NCBI GenBank assembly: GCA_963666485.2
Contig: CAXXUO010000003.1
Location: forward strand, 32,001 to 96,000
Source: Syntrophorhabdaceae bacterium
Lineage (GTDB): Bacteria; Desulfobacterota; Syntrophorhabdia; Syntrophorhabdales; Syntrophorhabdaceae
Reading direction: 5' to 3'
DNA length: 64,000 nt
Below the pieces are notes generated by a model. That model was not told where the DNA came from. It ran no database searches and saw only the letters and a program-made list of their open reading frames with translations. The position numbers were made by a program, and so were the translations under genes. This document shows, piece after piece, positions 35,501 to 44,643 of this stretch. Position 1 is the stretch's first letter. Each line of letters starts with the position of its first letter.

Positions 35501-35871
35501 CATCGCGGCAGCCGCGGAAGACTGAGGTCGACCGGCTTCCGCTCTTTTTTCGTGCCGGTTACTTGTACCCCGGTGAGTTCAAGGCTGTCTACGGACAGTC
35601 TTCCAACGATCATCAAGACAGGATGCCATTTCAGGTCGGCCGATTCGGCAGTCACCGTGTTTCCGGCCGCACTTAGCTGCAATCCTTCAATGTGGATGCG
35701 GTAACCGATCCGCCCGGCCAGGTTTTTGTAGGTAAATGCACCGGGAGCGGCTCTGTGAATCATCCTGACGACGAGGGATGTCCCGGTTTCCGTATACAGG
35801 GCGAATACGAGCGAAGAGAGCGCCGCCAGGAAGACGGACAATGCTGTATACAGGACGATACGGTGTCTCAT
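32542..35871 (-). CDS. tamB: Translocation and assembly module TamB (DUF490)
   Basis: N-terminal anchor, long beta-rich body, C-terminal G.Y.AYG..L.I..G...F.GP, IGRYISPKLYVS; coupled to tamA. Confidence 0.88.
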   Translation of the reverse strand: MRHRIVLYTALSVFLAALSSLVFALYTETGTSLVVRMIHRAAPGAFTYKNLAGRIGYRIHIEGLQLSAAGNTVTAESADLKWHPVLMIVGRLSVDSLELTGVQVTGTKKERKPVDLSLPRLPRWISIFQASISRMTIKNLAYTSADGSATSVDAVGAGFVFIGGMLYCDQLNVKSPQADISGVFILDLISPRLHGKLHAALPKKTAGFDNIAVSVNLPSSRGKEQVAGPVTIAAFAGKKERIRFDCRLGLERQAVRITKARLIKADKRGTIDAQAMIDLTGSEPAFDISGIMTKLNLAPEIPQNTSLSGDFKVAGTVSEFRGGFSLTDGSSDGKGMAARGNIIGTKEIIELKDLGAKIAGGALSGLARFERAPGILSAEVAGSGLDPARIRPGLSGNINFRLSGRYVMPGKGPGEGSVKATVYNSTFQKRPLTADIDANFAGESIRINTFSARGNGFTLNAHGTVQERVTWLVRIDDVSKFVPKTTGSVLAQGWVRWRDNEAAGEMTARGSRMAWNAFRIGSIDGRLTWDKTGFNAALSIDPGNGGRFTASAVSKEPVRFEMPRRGTFRAEWSRLDLATFGPKSGTTAAGLKGFLSGSIDGMFLPEERFKLTGSTSLADGSFSWRSSKGEVTAPVREANLSISWENSSLTGSTRIALGQFGSARADVKLPLPARVPLVMDKAGPILVNAHGEVNERGLITAFFPGMAQETRGQLGFDITATGTAGDPRLNGKLNLRRASAYLPAAGMDLKDVNADIAFNNNLITITSLTARSGQGQVTITGDARHSRGEIESFEATVKGDRFQAINLPELNTLVSPDITVRGNTKKVTVRGSVLIPEALVKEERKENMIKPSRDVVIVGEEERRRSGFPFALDLLVAVRMGEKVAVKAYGIDTRLGGTVDISMSGPEDIRARGTITTVEGKYDAYGAKLNIQRGAISFNGPVKDANLNILAVRWVRDPEKGNVAAGVLVTGNAEKPNISLYSRPSMTDMDTLSFIVLGRPGGQGGQADTALLAKAASGLLTGGKATEIQRALGFDVDVASTRQQTTGAADSIVKIGRYISPKLYVSIGRSISGGENVFSLRYRLTKRLDVESTVGNQTGGAIYYRIEFD

Positions 35872-37658
35872 AGACCAAACCCGATGGAAATGTGGACCCT
35901 GAAATCGGGTCTTGGTTGGTCTATCTGCCGGGCAATGTCGAGCCTGATGGGCCCGATCGGGCTGTAATACCGCCCGCCGATCCCGGCCCCCTGTGCGAGT
36001 TCTACCTGACTGAAGTCGTTGAACGCGTTGCCTGCGTCATAGAACACGGCAAGTCCCCAATCCTTGCCGATTGCCTTTTCAAGTTCGATGCTGCCGGCAA
36101 ACATGTTCTTGCCGCCGATCACATTCCCCTCACTGTCGGTCGGCCCGAGCGACCTGTATGCATACCCGCGGACGCTTTTGTCTCCGCCCGCAAAGAAACG
36201 CAGTGCTATCGGCAGTTCGGTGTCCTTCTCATTCTGTGCCGTCGCACCGATCTTTGCCCGTGTCAGCAACGATAATCCCGCGGGCAGGGGAATTACGACC
36301 CCGCCGTCACAGATCACCTGGAGAAAACCCGTCGTCGATCCCAGGGCCTGGTGCGTTCCCTTTATTTCCAGAAGGTAACGGTAACCTTGCCGGGGACGGA
36401 CCATGTTATCGTAATGTATTGCCGTGAGCCGGATACCGGGCATGACGGAGAAACTGTTCGTATGGTCGTCTCCGACATCCGAATTCTCCCTGAGCAGCTG
36501 AAGAAAGATCGACCCGGTCCCGAACTTGCCGTAAGACCGCGCCCTCTCGTATTCCGCTTGTGCCGTCTCGCTGAAATAGTTCGGGATCCCGTTTCCGTAA
36601 TAATTCGGGGTATTCCGGTAATCCTCCCTTTTCAGGTTGACGCTTATTGCCGAAAAACTCCGTATGTCCTTAGGGTGGGGCATCGTGTACCGCGCCCCCG
36701 CAAACAGAAGCGGAGTACTGATATCGAACTGCGACTCGAACTTGTGCGACGTCTTCATGAAGTTGACATCCTCGTATTTGAACGTCCCCCTCGGCCCCGT
36801 GTCAGTCTCGAACCCGACGCCCATCCTGAGCCGCTTCGGCTTTGACTCCTCGAGCCGGACCTCGACCGGCACCGCATGATCAACCGCCTTATCCTTGTCG
36901 GCATAGATCATCACTGAGCGAAAGCGGTCCGCATTGTTAAGGTTTTTCTGGCTCTCCCCGATCTTCTGGTCCGAAAACACATCCCCCGGCTTGAAATCGA
37001 TAAATCGCCCCAGGAAAGCCGGGCCATAGTTTAGTGCACCCGAAAAAGTGATTGGCCCGAAATAGTATTTCTCCCCCGTCTCCAGCACCAACCGGACCCT
37101 CGCCGAGTGTTCTTCTTTAACGATCCGTATCTCGTGTTTCACATAATCCGCATCGAGATACCCCAGTTCCACAGCCTTCGCCCGCAGCGCATTCTTCGCT
37201 TTCTCGTAAACGTCCTCATCGAGCCGTGCCCCCTTCGTCACGGGAAACGCCCGCACCAACGCCTCGAGTTTCGACTCATTCTTCCCGGCTCCCTGTATCC
37301 CGACCGCAACCTCAGCAACCCTGACCGGCTCCCCGGGATCTATCACAACATTAAGCTCATACGTCCCGTCACCGGCAATCCCTGACGAGACCGAAACCTT
37401 CGCGCCATAATACCCAAACGGCTCCAGCGCCATCGCCGCCTTGCCCGGCACCTGTTTCTCAAAATGCTCCAGCCATTTCTCATTGACCACACCCCCCGAA
37501 ACAAGCCCCTCCGGGAGCGCCAGCGCAATTCTCACATTATCCAATTCCCGTCCGCTTACCCCCTCGATATGCACGCGCACCGGCTGATCCCTCTGCGCCG
37601 AAAGGCAAAGCGGCGCCAGCATAAATATCAGCAACCAGCAAGCGATAACCTTAACCAT
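35868..37658 (-). CDS. tamA: Autotransporter assembly factor TamA (Omp85 family)
   Basis: Signal peptide, POTRA domains (ALEPFGYY, DPGEPV), RFFAGGD.SVRGY, YYSPIGPIRLDIA, C-terminal F; start set at MVKVIACW. Confidence 0.9.
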   Translation of the reverse strand: MVKVIACWLLIFMLAPLCLSAQRDQPVRVHIEGVSGRELDNVRIALALPEGLVSGGVVNEKWLEHFEKQVPGKAAMALEPFGYYGAKVSVSSGIAGDGTYELNVVIDPGEPVRVAEVAVGIQGAGKNESKLEALVRAFPVTKGARLDEDVYEKAKNALRAKAVELGYLDADYVKHEIRIVKEEHSARVRLVLETGEKYYFGPITFSGALNYGPAFLGRFIDFKPGDVFSDQKIGESQKNLNNADRFRSVMIYADKDKAVDHAVPVEVRLEESKPKRLRMGVGFETDTGPRGTFKYEDVNFMKTSHKFESQFDISTPLLFAGARYTMPHPKDIRSFSAISVNLKREDYRNTPNYYGNGIPNYFSETAQAEYERARSYGKFGTGSIFLQLLRENSDVGDDHTNSFSVMPGIRLTAIHYDNMVRPRQGYRYLLEIKGTHQALGSTTGFLQVICDGGVVIPLPAGLSLLTRAKIGATAQNEKDTELPIALRFFAGGDKSVRGYAYRSLGPTDSEGNVIGGKNMFAGSIELEKAIGKDWGLAVFYDAGNAFNDFSQVELAQGAGIGGRYYSPIGPIRLDIARQIDQPRPDFRVHISIGFGL

Positions 37659-38422
37659 ACATTCTTTATTTTTCACTATTAGCCATTTACCGTTCCGTTT
37701 TCGCGTTTTTCCCGGTGAACGTTGAACTTTGAACGTGGGACCGTCTTTATAATTATATTTGGATTGCATCCCCCGGCGCTACCTCGCCACCCGTAAATGC
37801 CCGCCAAACAAGTTAATAGCATAATTTCTAATGTATTATTGTATTTTTGGTTTGCCGGATACGGGATTACCCAATGTTCATTGTTGCAGTAAGATTCCGT
37901 TTTCTAAATATGGTATTCAATACCATGCTCCATATTTGTTTGGCTACACATTTCTAAAACATTTGACAACATGTCCTTGGCATGTCGGCTGCGTTTGTCA
38001 CATTACAAAAATTGAATAACTATCTGTAATGCCCTAACTCTGACCAGGATTGTACCTCGAATATTTGGCATTTGCGGGCCTGCATTCTCATGTTTATATG
38101 GAGTACTTTGTCCTAAGTCTCGCTTTGGCGCATAAACGCAGCCAAATCCTGTGATGGCACGCAACCTCCCAGGGGGCGATCAGGACTGAATAGAATAAGA
38201 ATGCGCAGTTTCACCAACAATTCCTCAGCAATCGGATCCAATCCCCTGAAGAAATGGTAATCGATGCGGCGTTTGGATTCTGTCGCTCGACCGTTGAAAC
38301 TGATGTAGCGGAAAGTTGCAAAGGATGTCGTTGGTTTGAAGATAGCCCTCTATTTTGTCCGAAGGGCCGGATTGATTTTGTTGTGCTGCGGTCGTAGATT
38401 CACCTTACCAAGGAGGTGCGAG

Positions 38423-38848
38423 ATGAAACTCCAGATCGGTAATTTATTTGCAGTAATGTTGGTGATTGCGGGAATGATCCTCTTGTGCCCGGGACAAGCA
38501 TTAACCGCAAGTACCGAAGAGGATCTGGCTGAAAGGATTTCGGTGCAGGAAGCTTATCAGCAGGTTAAATCGGGTAAAGCCATTCTGATATGCGCCTACG
38601 AAGAAGAACAAGCATGCAAGGACATTATGCTCGATGGGGCGATCACTCTCAAAGCTTTTGAAGAAAAACTGCCTGAGCTCAAGAAAGACCAGCCGATCAT
38701 TTTTTATTGCGGGTGACCAAATGAAGCGACTTCTGCCGGTCAGGCAGTCAAATACACAAAAATGGGATATACCAATGTCAAGGCCCTGAAGGGCGGTGTT
38801 AAGGCCTGGAAAAATTCGGGATATAAATTAATAAACAAGGACTTCTGA
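38423..38848 (+). CDS. Exported rhodanese-like selenoprotein (in-frame TGA at 38714-38716 read as Sec)
   Basis: AAGGAGG RBS, signal peptide, IIFYCG-TGA-PNEATSAGQA...GYTNVKALKGGVKAWK rhodanese C-terminus in the same frame; SECIS-like hairpin at 38728-38749. Confidence 0.85.
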
Positions 38849-38921
38849 AAAGGACTCGCACAAAAGGTGTCGCCGCCATGTATTGGCTGCATATTTTTGT
38901 TTCCATCCGGTCGGGTTGCAT

Positions 38922-38968
38922 TTGACATTTCTGTCGTTTATGATATTCTTAAATTATGAAAGTCATAA
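38922..38968 (+). promoter_or_regulatory. Promoter and probable autorepression operator of the TA operon
   Basis: TTGACA-N16-(TG)TATTCT; TTATGA-AAG-TCATAA palindrome at 38954-38968. Confidence 0.6.
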
Positions 38969-38998
38969 ATTAATACAGTATTTTGCAGGAGGTAAAAG

Positions 38999-39283
38999 GT
39001 GTCTTTAGTTAAAGTAAAAAGACATGCACAAATAACGCTTCCGAACGACATCAGGAAAAAGTTTAAAATCGTGGAAGGTGATTACTTGGAGATCGAAGAG
39101 CACAACAACGAATTAATATTAAGGCCGGTGAAGGTAATTCATACGGATGACGCCTATTTCCATACGAGAGAATGGCAGGCTGGTGAAGCAGAGGCAGACA
39201 AGGATATTACCACGGGCAGCGTAATTGGTCCCTTTGACAACATCAAGGACGCCTTAAAGGCCCTTAAGACCGACAAGGTATGA
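38999..39283 (+). CDS. AbrB/MazE-family antitoxin
   Basis: VKV....QITLP.DIRKK..I.EGD.L.I.......ILRP; GGAGG RBS. Confidence 0.88.
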   Translation: MSLVKVKRHAQITLPNDIRKKFKIVEGDYLEIEEHNNELILRPVKVIHTDDAYFHTREWQAGEAEADKDITTGSVIGPFDNIKDALKALKTDKV

Positions 39284-39537
39284 AACTGGCCTTTACCAGG
39301 ACTTTTGTCCGGGATTACCGGAAATTGCCCCGGGATACCCAAGAACAGACGGATAAGCAATTAGAACTTTTACTGTCTGATCCGAGGCATCCGTCTTTAA
39401 ATTTTAAAAAAATGCAAGACCCGAGAGATATCTGGGAATGCAGGGTCAACGCTTCGTACCGTATCACGCTTCACATTGCAGAAGATATCTACGTTTTAAG
39501 AAAAGTTGGCACGCATGATCTGTTGAGAAATCCGTAA
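39280..39537 (+). CDS. RelE/ParE-superfamily toxin
   Basis: FT..F.RDY.KLP, HPSL..KK, WE.RV...YRI, LRKVGTHD; ATGA overlap with the antitoxin. Confidence 0.85.
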   Translation: MKLAFTRTFVRDYRKLPRDTQEQTDKQLELLLSDPRHPSLNFKKMQDPRDIWECRVNASYRITLHIAEDIYVLRKVGTHDLLRNP

Positions 39538-39545
39538 TCCAAATG

Positions 39546-39890
39546 GTTCCAGGTTCCACGTTCCAAGTTCCAGGTTAAAAAAACCGACGCGAAGATTTTC
39601 ATCTGACAGGACACATTGAGAAAATTAAATGAGGTGACCAGCGCCACATTCTGTTGGGCCGGCGTTGTATTGAACTCAGTTTAATCGTCTTCCCTTCGCG
39701 CACTTGCCGTCATCCCGGCCTCCGAGCCGGGACCCAAGGTTTTGTTTTTATTACTATTTGTGGTGTCGAAGTTTTGAAAAGGTTCAAGAAGAAAAACCTT
39801 GGGTCCCGGGTCAAGCCCGGGAAGACGGTGAGAGTGAGGGTGTACCGCTTTTCTTTTTCACTTTTTGCGTTTCGCGTTTTACGTTTTACG
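39546..39890. repeat. Heptamer runs flanking a gene-less class-A hairpin doublet (39708-39743 and 39792-39827)
   Basis: GTTCCAN x4; CGTCATCCCGGCCTCCGAGCCGGGACCCAAGGTTTT ... AAAACCTTGGGTCCCGGGTCAAGCCCGGGAAGACG; TTTYRCG run. Confidence 0.85.
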
Positions 39891-39964
39891 GCTTCTCAAC
39901 CCGGGTCCCAGGACCCAAAAGCCGCAGTTTATGTGGAAATCATTTGGATTCTGGTTTATCCTAA

Positions 39965-40762
39965 ATGATCCGCACGATGAAAATAATGAAGAACAATATG
40001 CCCTGGACCATCAATGTGAATGGGCCGTACCATATGGTCCGTGAGCGGATTCAGCTGATCAAGAAGCTTGATGTCGGGGTGGAGATCTATTTCCATAACG
40101 AGATCGGCGAGGTGAGCGAACGGGACGTGGAGGAGACGGGGAAGGTGCTGCGGGGCGAGGGAATCGCTTGCACGCTGCATGCGCCGTTCATGGATCTGAG
40201 CCCCGGGGGTATCGATAAGGATGTGAGGAGAATAACCACGGATAAGCTGAAAAGGGCCGTGACGTTCGCCAACCGGCTCGGTGCGCTGGGCGTGGTGTGC
40301 CATCCGGGGTATGACAGGTGGCGGTTCGGGGAGAATGTCGACCTGTGGCTCAAGGGGAGTATCGAGACATGGAACGAGGTCCTTGCTGTCGCGGGGGAGA
40401 GGCTTCCGATCATGGTGGAAAACATATTCGAGGAAGAACCGGACACTCTGTACGAGCTTTTACGTCATTTTGACGGTAAAAATATGTATTTCTGCTTTGA
40501 TTCCGGTCATTTTAATTTATTTACTAAAGTATCACTTGAGAAATGGATGTCAATGCTGGGAAATAAAATACGAGAGATGCATCTTCACGATAATTACGGG
40601 ACGCGGGACGATCATATGCCGATCGGGCAGGGGTCGTTTCCGTTCAGGGAATTGAAGACATTTCTGAAGGCGCATCGGGAAAGCCTTATAGTGACGGCCG
40701 AGGTCCATGATGAGGCCGATGCGGCGCTGGCGGTAAAAAACCTAAAGGAGTACGTGGCTTAA
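39965..40762 (+). CDS. Sugar phosphate isomerase/epimerase (AP endonuclease 2 TIM barrel)
   Basis: TLHAPF.DL.PG, V.HPG, VENIFE, CFDSGH, HLHDN.G..DDH...G.G, E; exact start uncertain. Confidence 0.85.
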   Translation: MIRTMKIMKNNMPWTINVNGPYHMVRERIQLIKKLDVGVEIYFHNEIGEVSERDVEETGKVLRGEGIACTLHAPFMDLSPGGIDKDVRRITTDKLKRAVTFANRLGALGVVCHPGYDRWRFGENVDLWLKGSIETWNEVLAVAGERLPIMVENIFEEEPDTLYELLRHFDGKNMYFCFDSGHFNLFTKVSLEKWMSMLGNKIREMHLHDNYGTRDDHMPIGQGSFPFRELKTFLKAHRESLIVTAEVHDEADAALAVKNLKEYVA

Positions 40763-40763
40763 G

Positions 40764-43751
40764 ATGGCTCACAGGATAGAGATATCGTACAAGGAAGGTC
40801 TCCTGGACGTCCCGGGGGAGAAACTGAAACGCCGGATCAAATCGGACCTGGGCCTTCAGGTGGAAAAAGTTCATGTTGTCGAGGTGTACACGATCGACGC
40901 GGACCTCAGCGACGAGACCTTGAGCGTTTTGAGCAATGAGGCGTTCGTGGACCCGGTCATTCAGAAGGGGCTTCTCAACCAGGCGACGGATGGGGAAGGG
41001 GATTGGGTTGTCGAGGTTGGCTATAAGCCGGGTGTTACGGACAACGTCGGCCGTACCGCGAAGGAAGTCGTCGAGGCGATGGCGGGCCGGGAATTCACGG
41101 AGGACGAGGCGGTCTATAACTCGCGGATGTACTTCCTGAAAGGCGCGATCACCGAAGATGACGTGCATAACATTGCCGTCGATATCCTTGCAAACGTCCT
41201 GATCAACCGCTACGCCATGAAATCCATTGTGCAGTACAAGGCGGACGGCGGGATGGGTGTCTTCGTGCCCAAGGTTGCCATTACCGCCGAACCGGTTGTG
41301 GAGCGGATCGATATCGGGTCGATGACCATCGATGAATTAATGCTTATGAACCGGGAGAGGACGTGGGCCCTGTCCCGGGACGAACTGCTCGTTATACAGG
41401 GTTATTACGCCGATCCCGCGGTCGTTGCCGCGAGGCAGACTGTCGGGCTCGACGGCCGGCCGACGGATGTGGAGATCGAAGCCCTCGCCCAGACCTGGTC
41501 GGAGCATTGCAAGCACAAGATATTCAACGCCCTCATCGAATATGAAGAGGACGGGAACACGGAGATCGTCGACAGCGTCTTCCAGACGTATGTGAAGGGT
41601 TCGACCGACGAGATCCGCCGGAAGAAGGGAAAACAGGATTTCTGCCTGTCCGTGTTCAAGGACAACGCCGGGGTGATCAAGTTCAACCGCCGCAACAACC
41701 TGGCCTTCAAGATGGAAACGCATAATACTCCGTCCGCACTCGACCCGTACGGCGGGGCGTTGACGGGCATTGTCGGCGTCAACCGGGACCCGTTCGGGAC
41801 GGGCAAGGGCGCCAAACTGTCCTTCAACATGGACATTTTCTGCTTTGCGGCGCCCGACCATAAAGGGACGATACCGCCGCGGCTTCTCCACCCCAAGAGG
41901 GTGCTGGAGGGGGTCCGCGAGGGTGTCGAACACGGCGGGAACAAGAGCGGCATACCGACGATCAACGGTTCCCTTGTCTTCGACGAGAATTATCTCGGGA
42001 AGCCGCTCGTTTTCTGCGGCACCTGCGGCATCATGCCGGTCACGATACGGGGCGAGGCGTCGTATCTCAAGCAAGCGAATGTCGGGGACCATATCGTCAT
42101 GGTCGGCGGCAGGATAGGGAAGGACGGCATCCATGGCGCCACTTTTTCGTCCGAGGAGCTTTCCGAGGTTTCCCCTACGAGCGCGGTCCAGATAGGTGAC
42201 CCCATCACCCAGAAGCGTATGACGGATTTCCTGCTCATCGCCAGGGATAAAGGATTATACAGTTCCATAACCGACAACGGCGCCGGAGGGCTTTCCTCAT
42301 CGGTCGGTGAGATGGCTGAAGACACGAACGGGTGCGTCATGAACCTCGAAAGGGCACCCCTCAAATATCACGGGCTCTCCCCCTGGGAGATACTCCTGTC
42401 CGAGGCGCAGGAGCGCATGACCGTGGCCGTGCCGCCAGAAAAACTGCAGGAATTCATGCGGTTATCACACAAAATGAACGTCCTGTCGACCGTCCTCGGT
42501 GAATTTACCGATTCCGGGCGTTTCCATGTGCTCTACAACGGCAAGACCGTGGGGTACCTCGACATGGAATTCCTCCATAACGGCCTGCCGAGAATGAACC
42601 TCAAGGCACGCTGGGAGCGCAGGATCGTGGACGAAGAGCCCCTGCCGGAACCGAAGGATTACGCCGCGGCCCTGACATCTGTCCTTGGCCGCTGGAACGT
42701 CTGCAGCAAGGAATACGTCGTTCGCCAGTACGACCACGAAGTCCAGGGCTCGAGCGTGATCAAACCGCTCACCGGCAAATACAATGACGGCCCGACAGAC
42801 GCAGGCGTCGTTGCCCCCGACCTGGGAAGTAACACGGGGGTGGTTGTCAGCCACGGGATTTGCCCCAAGTACAGCCGTTTCGACACCTACAACATGGTCG
42901 CATGCGCCATAGACGAGGCCGTCCGCAATAACATCGCGACAGGCGGTTCCCTGAAAAGAATGGCCCTTCTCGACAACTTCTGCTGGTCCGACCCCATCGA
43001 ATCCGAGCGCAACCCGGAAGGCGCCTACAAGCTCGCGCAGCTCGTCCGCGCGAACAGGGCGCTTTACGATTACACGACCCTCTTCGGGACCCCGTGTATC
43101 TCCGGTAAAGACAGCATGAAGAACGACTATATGCACAACGAGATCAAGATATCCGTCCCCCAGACGGTACTCGTGTCGTGTATTTCGGTGATAGATGACG
43201 TACATAATACCGTGACAATGGACATGAAGGAAGACGGGGACCTGATCGTCGTTGTCGGCAAAACATACGCCGAACTGGGCGGCAGCGAGTACTTCGCAGA
43301 GTTCAAGCGATTTGGCAACATTGCACCGCAAGTACACGGAAATATTGCTAAAAAGACGTTTCAAGCTATGGAAAAAGCCATACGGTCCGGCATCATAAGA
43401 TCCTGTCACGACATCTCCGACGGCGGCCTCGGCTGCTGCCTCGCGGAAAGCGCATTTGCGGGGGATGTGGGGGTGGAGGTGGATCTCAATGCGGTACCGA
43501 GTGAAGGGGTTTTCAGGGATGATATGCTGCTATTCTCGGAGTCGGCGAGCAGGTTCGTGGCTACGGTACGGGAAGGGGATCTGGCAGTTTTTGAAAAGAT
43601 CTTTAAGTCAGTGCCGTTTGGGGTAATTGGAAAAGTGCGTTCCGAAAAAGCCCTGAGGATCGTTGGACTGCGGGGAGATGTGATTATTGATACCGATATC
43701 AATTATCTCAAGAAGGCGTGGCAGGAGCCTTTCAAGAGGATTTTTGGGTAG
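40764..43751 (+). CDS. purL: Phosphoribosylformylglycinamidine synthase PurL with N-terminal PurS-like region
   Basis: AQTWSEHCKHKIF, KMETHN.PSA.DPYGGA.TG, TDNGAGG, SEAQERM, SGKDS, HDISDGG; no glutaminase domain. Confidence 0.95.
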   Translation: MAHRIEISYKEGLLDVPGEKLKRRIKSDLGLQVEKVHVVEVYTIDADLSDETLSVLSNEAFVDPVIQKGLLNQATDGEGDWVVEVGYKPGVTDNVGRTAKEVVEAMAGREFTEDEAVYNSRMYFLKGAITEDDVHNIAVDILANVLINRYAMKSIVQYKADGGMGVFVPKVAITAEPVVERIDIGSMTIDELMLMNRERTWALSRDELLVIQGYYADPAVVAARQTVGLDGRPTDVEIEALAQTWSEHCKHKIFNALIEYEEDGNTEIVDSVFQTYVKGSTDEIRRKKGKQDFCLSVFKDNAGVIKFNRRNNLAFKMETHNTPSALDPYGGALTGIVGVNRDPFGTGKGAKLSFNMDIFCFAAPDHKGTIPPRLLHPKRVLEGVREGVEHGGNKSGIPTINGSLVFDENYLGKPLVFCGTCGIMPVTIRGEASYLKQANVGDHIVMVGGRIGKDGIHGATFSSEELSEVSPTSAVQIGDPITQKRMTDFLLIARDKGLYSSITDNGAGGLSSSVGEMAEDTNGCVMNLERAPLKYHGLSPWEILLSEAQERMTVAVPPEKLQEFMRLSHKMNVLSTVLGEFTDSGRFHVLYNGKTVGYLDMEFLHNGLPRMNLKARWERRIVDEEPLPEPKDYAAALTSVLGRWNVCSKEYVVRQYDHEVQGSSVIKPLTGKYNDGPTDAGVVAPDLGSNTGVVVSHGICPKYSRFDTYNMVACAIDEAVRNNIATGGSLKRMALLDNFCWSDPIESERNPEGAYKLAQLVRANRALYDYTTLFGTPCISGKDSMKNDYMHNEIKISVPQTVLVSCISVIDDVHNTVTMDMKEDGDLIVVVGKTYAELGGSEYFAEFKRFGNIAPQVHGNIAKKTFQAMEKAIRSGIIRSCHDISDGGLGCCLAESAFAGDVGVEVDLNAVPSEGVFRDDMLLFSESASRFVATVREGDLAVFEKIFKSVPFGVIGKVRSEKALRIVGLRGDVIIDTDINYLKKAWQEPFKRIFG

Positions 43752-43997
43752 TTCTTTTCGTAAAACGTAAAACGCAAGATGTAAGAAGTGGCGCAAGAAG
43801 TAGCGGAACTCCCCACATCACTCGTCATCCCATAACTCTCGCCGTCATCCCATAGCTCTCGCCGTCATCCCGGGCTTGACCCGGGACCCAAGGTTTTAAT
43901 ATAATTTTACGCACCAAACACGGCATCTCGCGCACCCGTGTGATCAGATCACCTAGTTATTTCAAATCCACTAATAAAATAGCTTGAGAAAAAAATC

Positions 43998-44303
43998 ATG
44001 GATAAGCACCCATGCGTTTATATTTTGACCAATAAGAAGAACGGCACCTTGTACGTTGGTGTAACCTCGAACCTGGCTAAACGTATATGGCAGCATAAAA
44101 ACCGTTTAATCGATGGTTTCACCAAAGATTACGCTCTTGACATGCTGGTCTGGTTTGAAGTGCACGATGCAATGGAATCGGCAATCCTAAGAGAGAAAAG
44201 GATTAAAAGATGGCGCAGGAACTGGAAGTTGGAACTGGTTAACAAGTTGAATCCCTATTGGCATGATCTATATGATGAGTTGGTTACAGAATCAAAAAAA
44301 TGA
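43998..44303 (+). CDS. Small GIY-YIG nuclease, copy 2 (intact)
   Basis: CVYIL.NKKNGTLYVGVT.NL..R...HK, GFT..Y, E, AI.REK.IK.W.R.WK..L....NP.W.DL. Confidence 0.93.
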   Translation: MDKHPCVYILTNKKNGTLYVGVTSNLAKRIWQHKNRLIDGFTKDYALDMLVWFEVHDAMESAILREKRIKRWRRNWKLELVNKLNPYWHDLYDELVTESKK

Positions 44304-44339
44304 AAAAAAGCAAAACCTTGGGTCCCGGGTCAAGCCCGG

Positions 44340-44643
44340 GATGACGGCGAGGGCGAAGGATGACGGCGAGGGCGAAGGATGACGGCGAGGGCGAAGGATG
44401 ACGGCGAGGGCGAAGGATGACGGCGAGAGCGAAGGATGACGGCGAGGGCGAAGGATGACGGCGAGGGCGAAGGATGACGGCGAGGGCGAAGGATGACGGC
44501 GAGGGCGAAGGATGACGGGGAGAGCGAAGGATGACGGGGAGGGCGAAGGATGGCGGGGAGAGTGAAGGATGGCGGGGAGAGTGAAGGATGGCGGGGAGAG
44601 TGAAGGATGGCGGGGAGAGTGAAGGATGGCGGGGAGAGTGAAG
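44340..44643 (+). repeat. Tandem array of 16 x 19-bp units (GATGACGGCGAGGGCGAAG grading to GATGGCGGGGAGAGTGAAG)
   Basis: Exact 19-nt period from 44340 to 44643; the first unit shares GATGACG with the end of the hairpin repeat. Confidence 0.95.

Noticed and set aside
37659..37769. N-terminal extension of TamA given by the ORF track
   Set aside because: It runs through heptamer repeats; the signal peptide starts at 37658.
40764..43751. purQ displaced by cassette 2
   Set aside because: No purQ remnant is visible and purQ is often encoded elsewhere; this cannot be supported from this window.
44340..44643. CRISPR array
   Set aside because: Units are contiguous near-identical 19-mers without unique spacers, and no cas genes are present.
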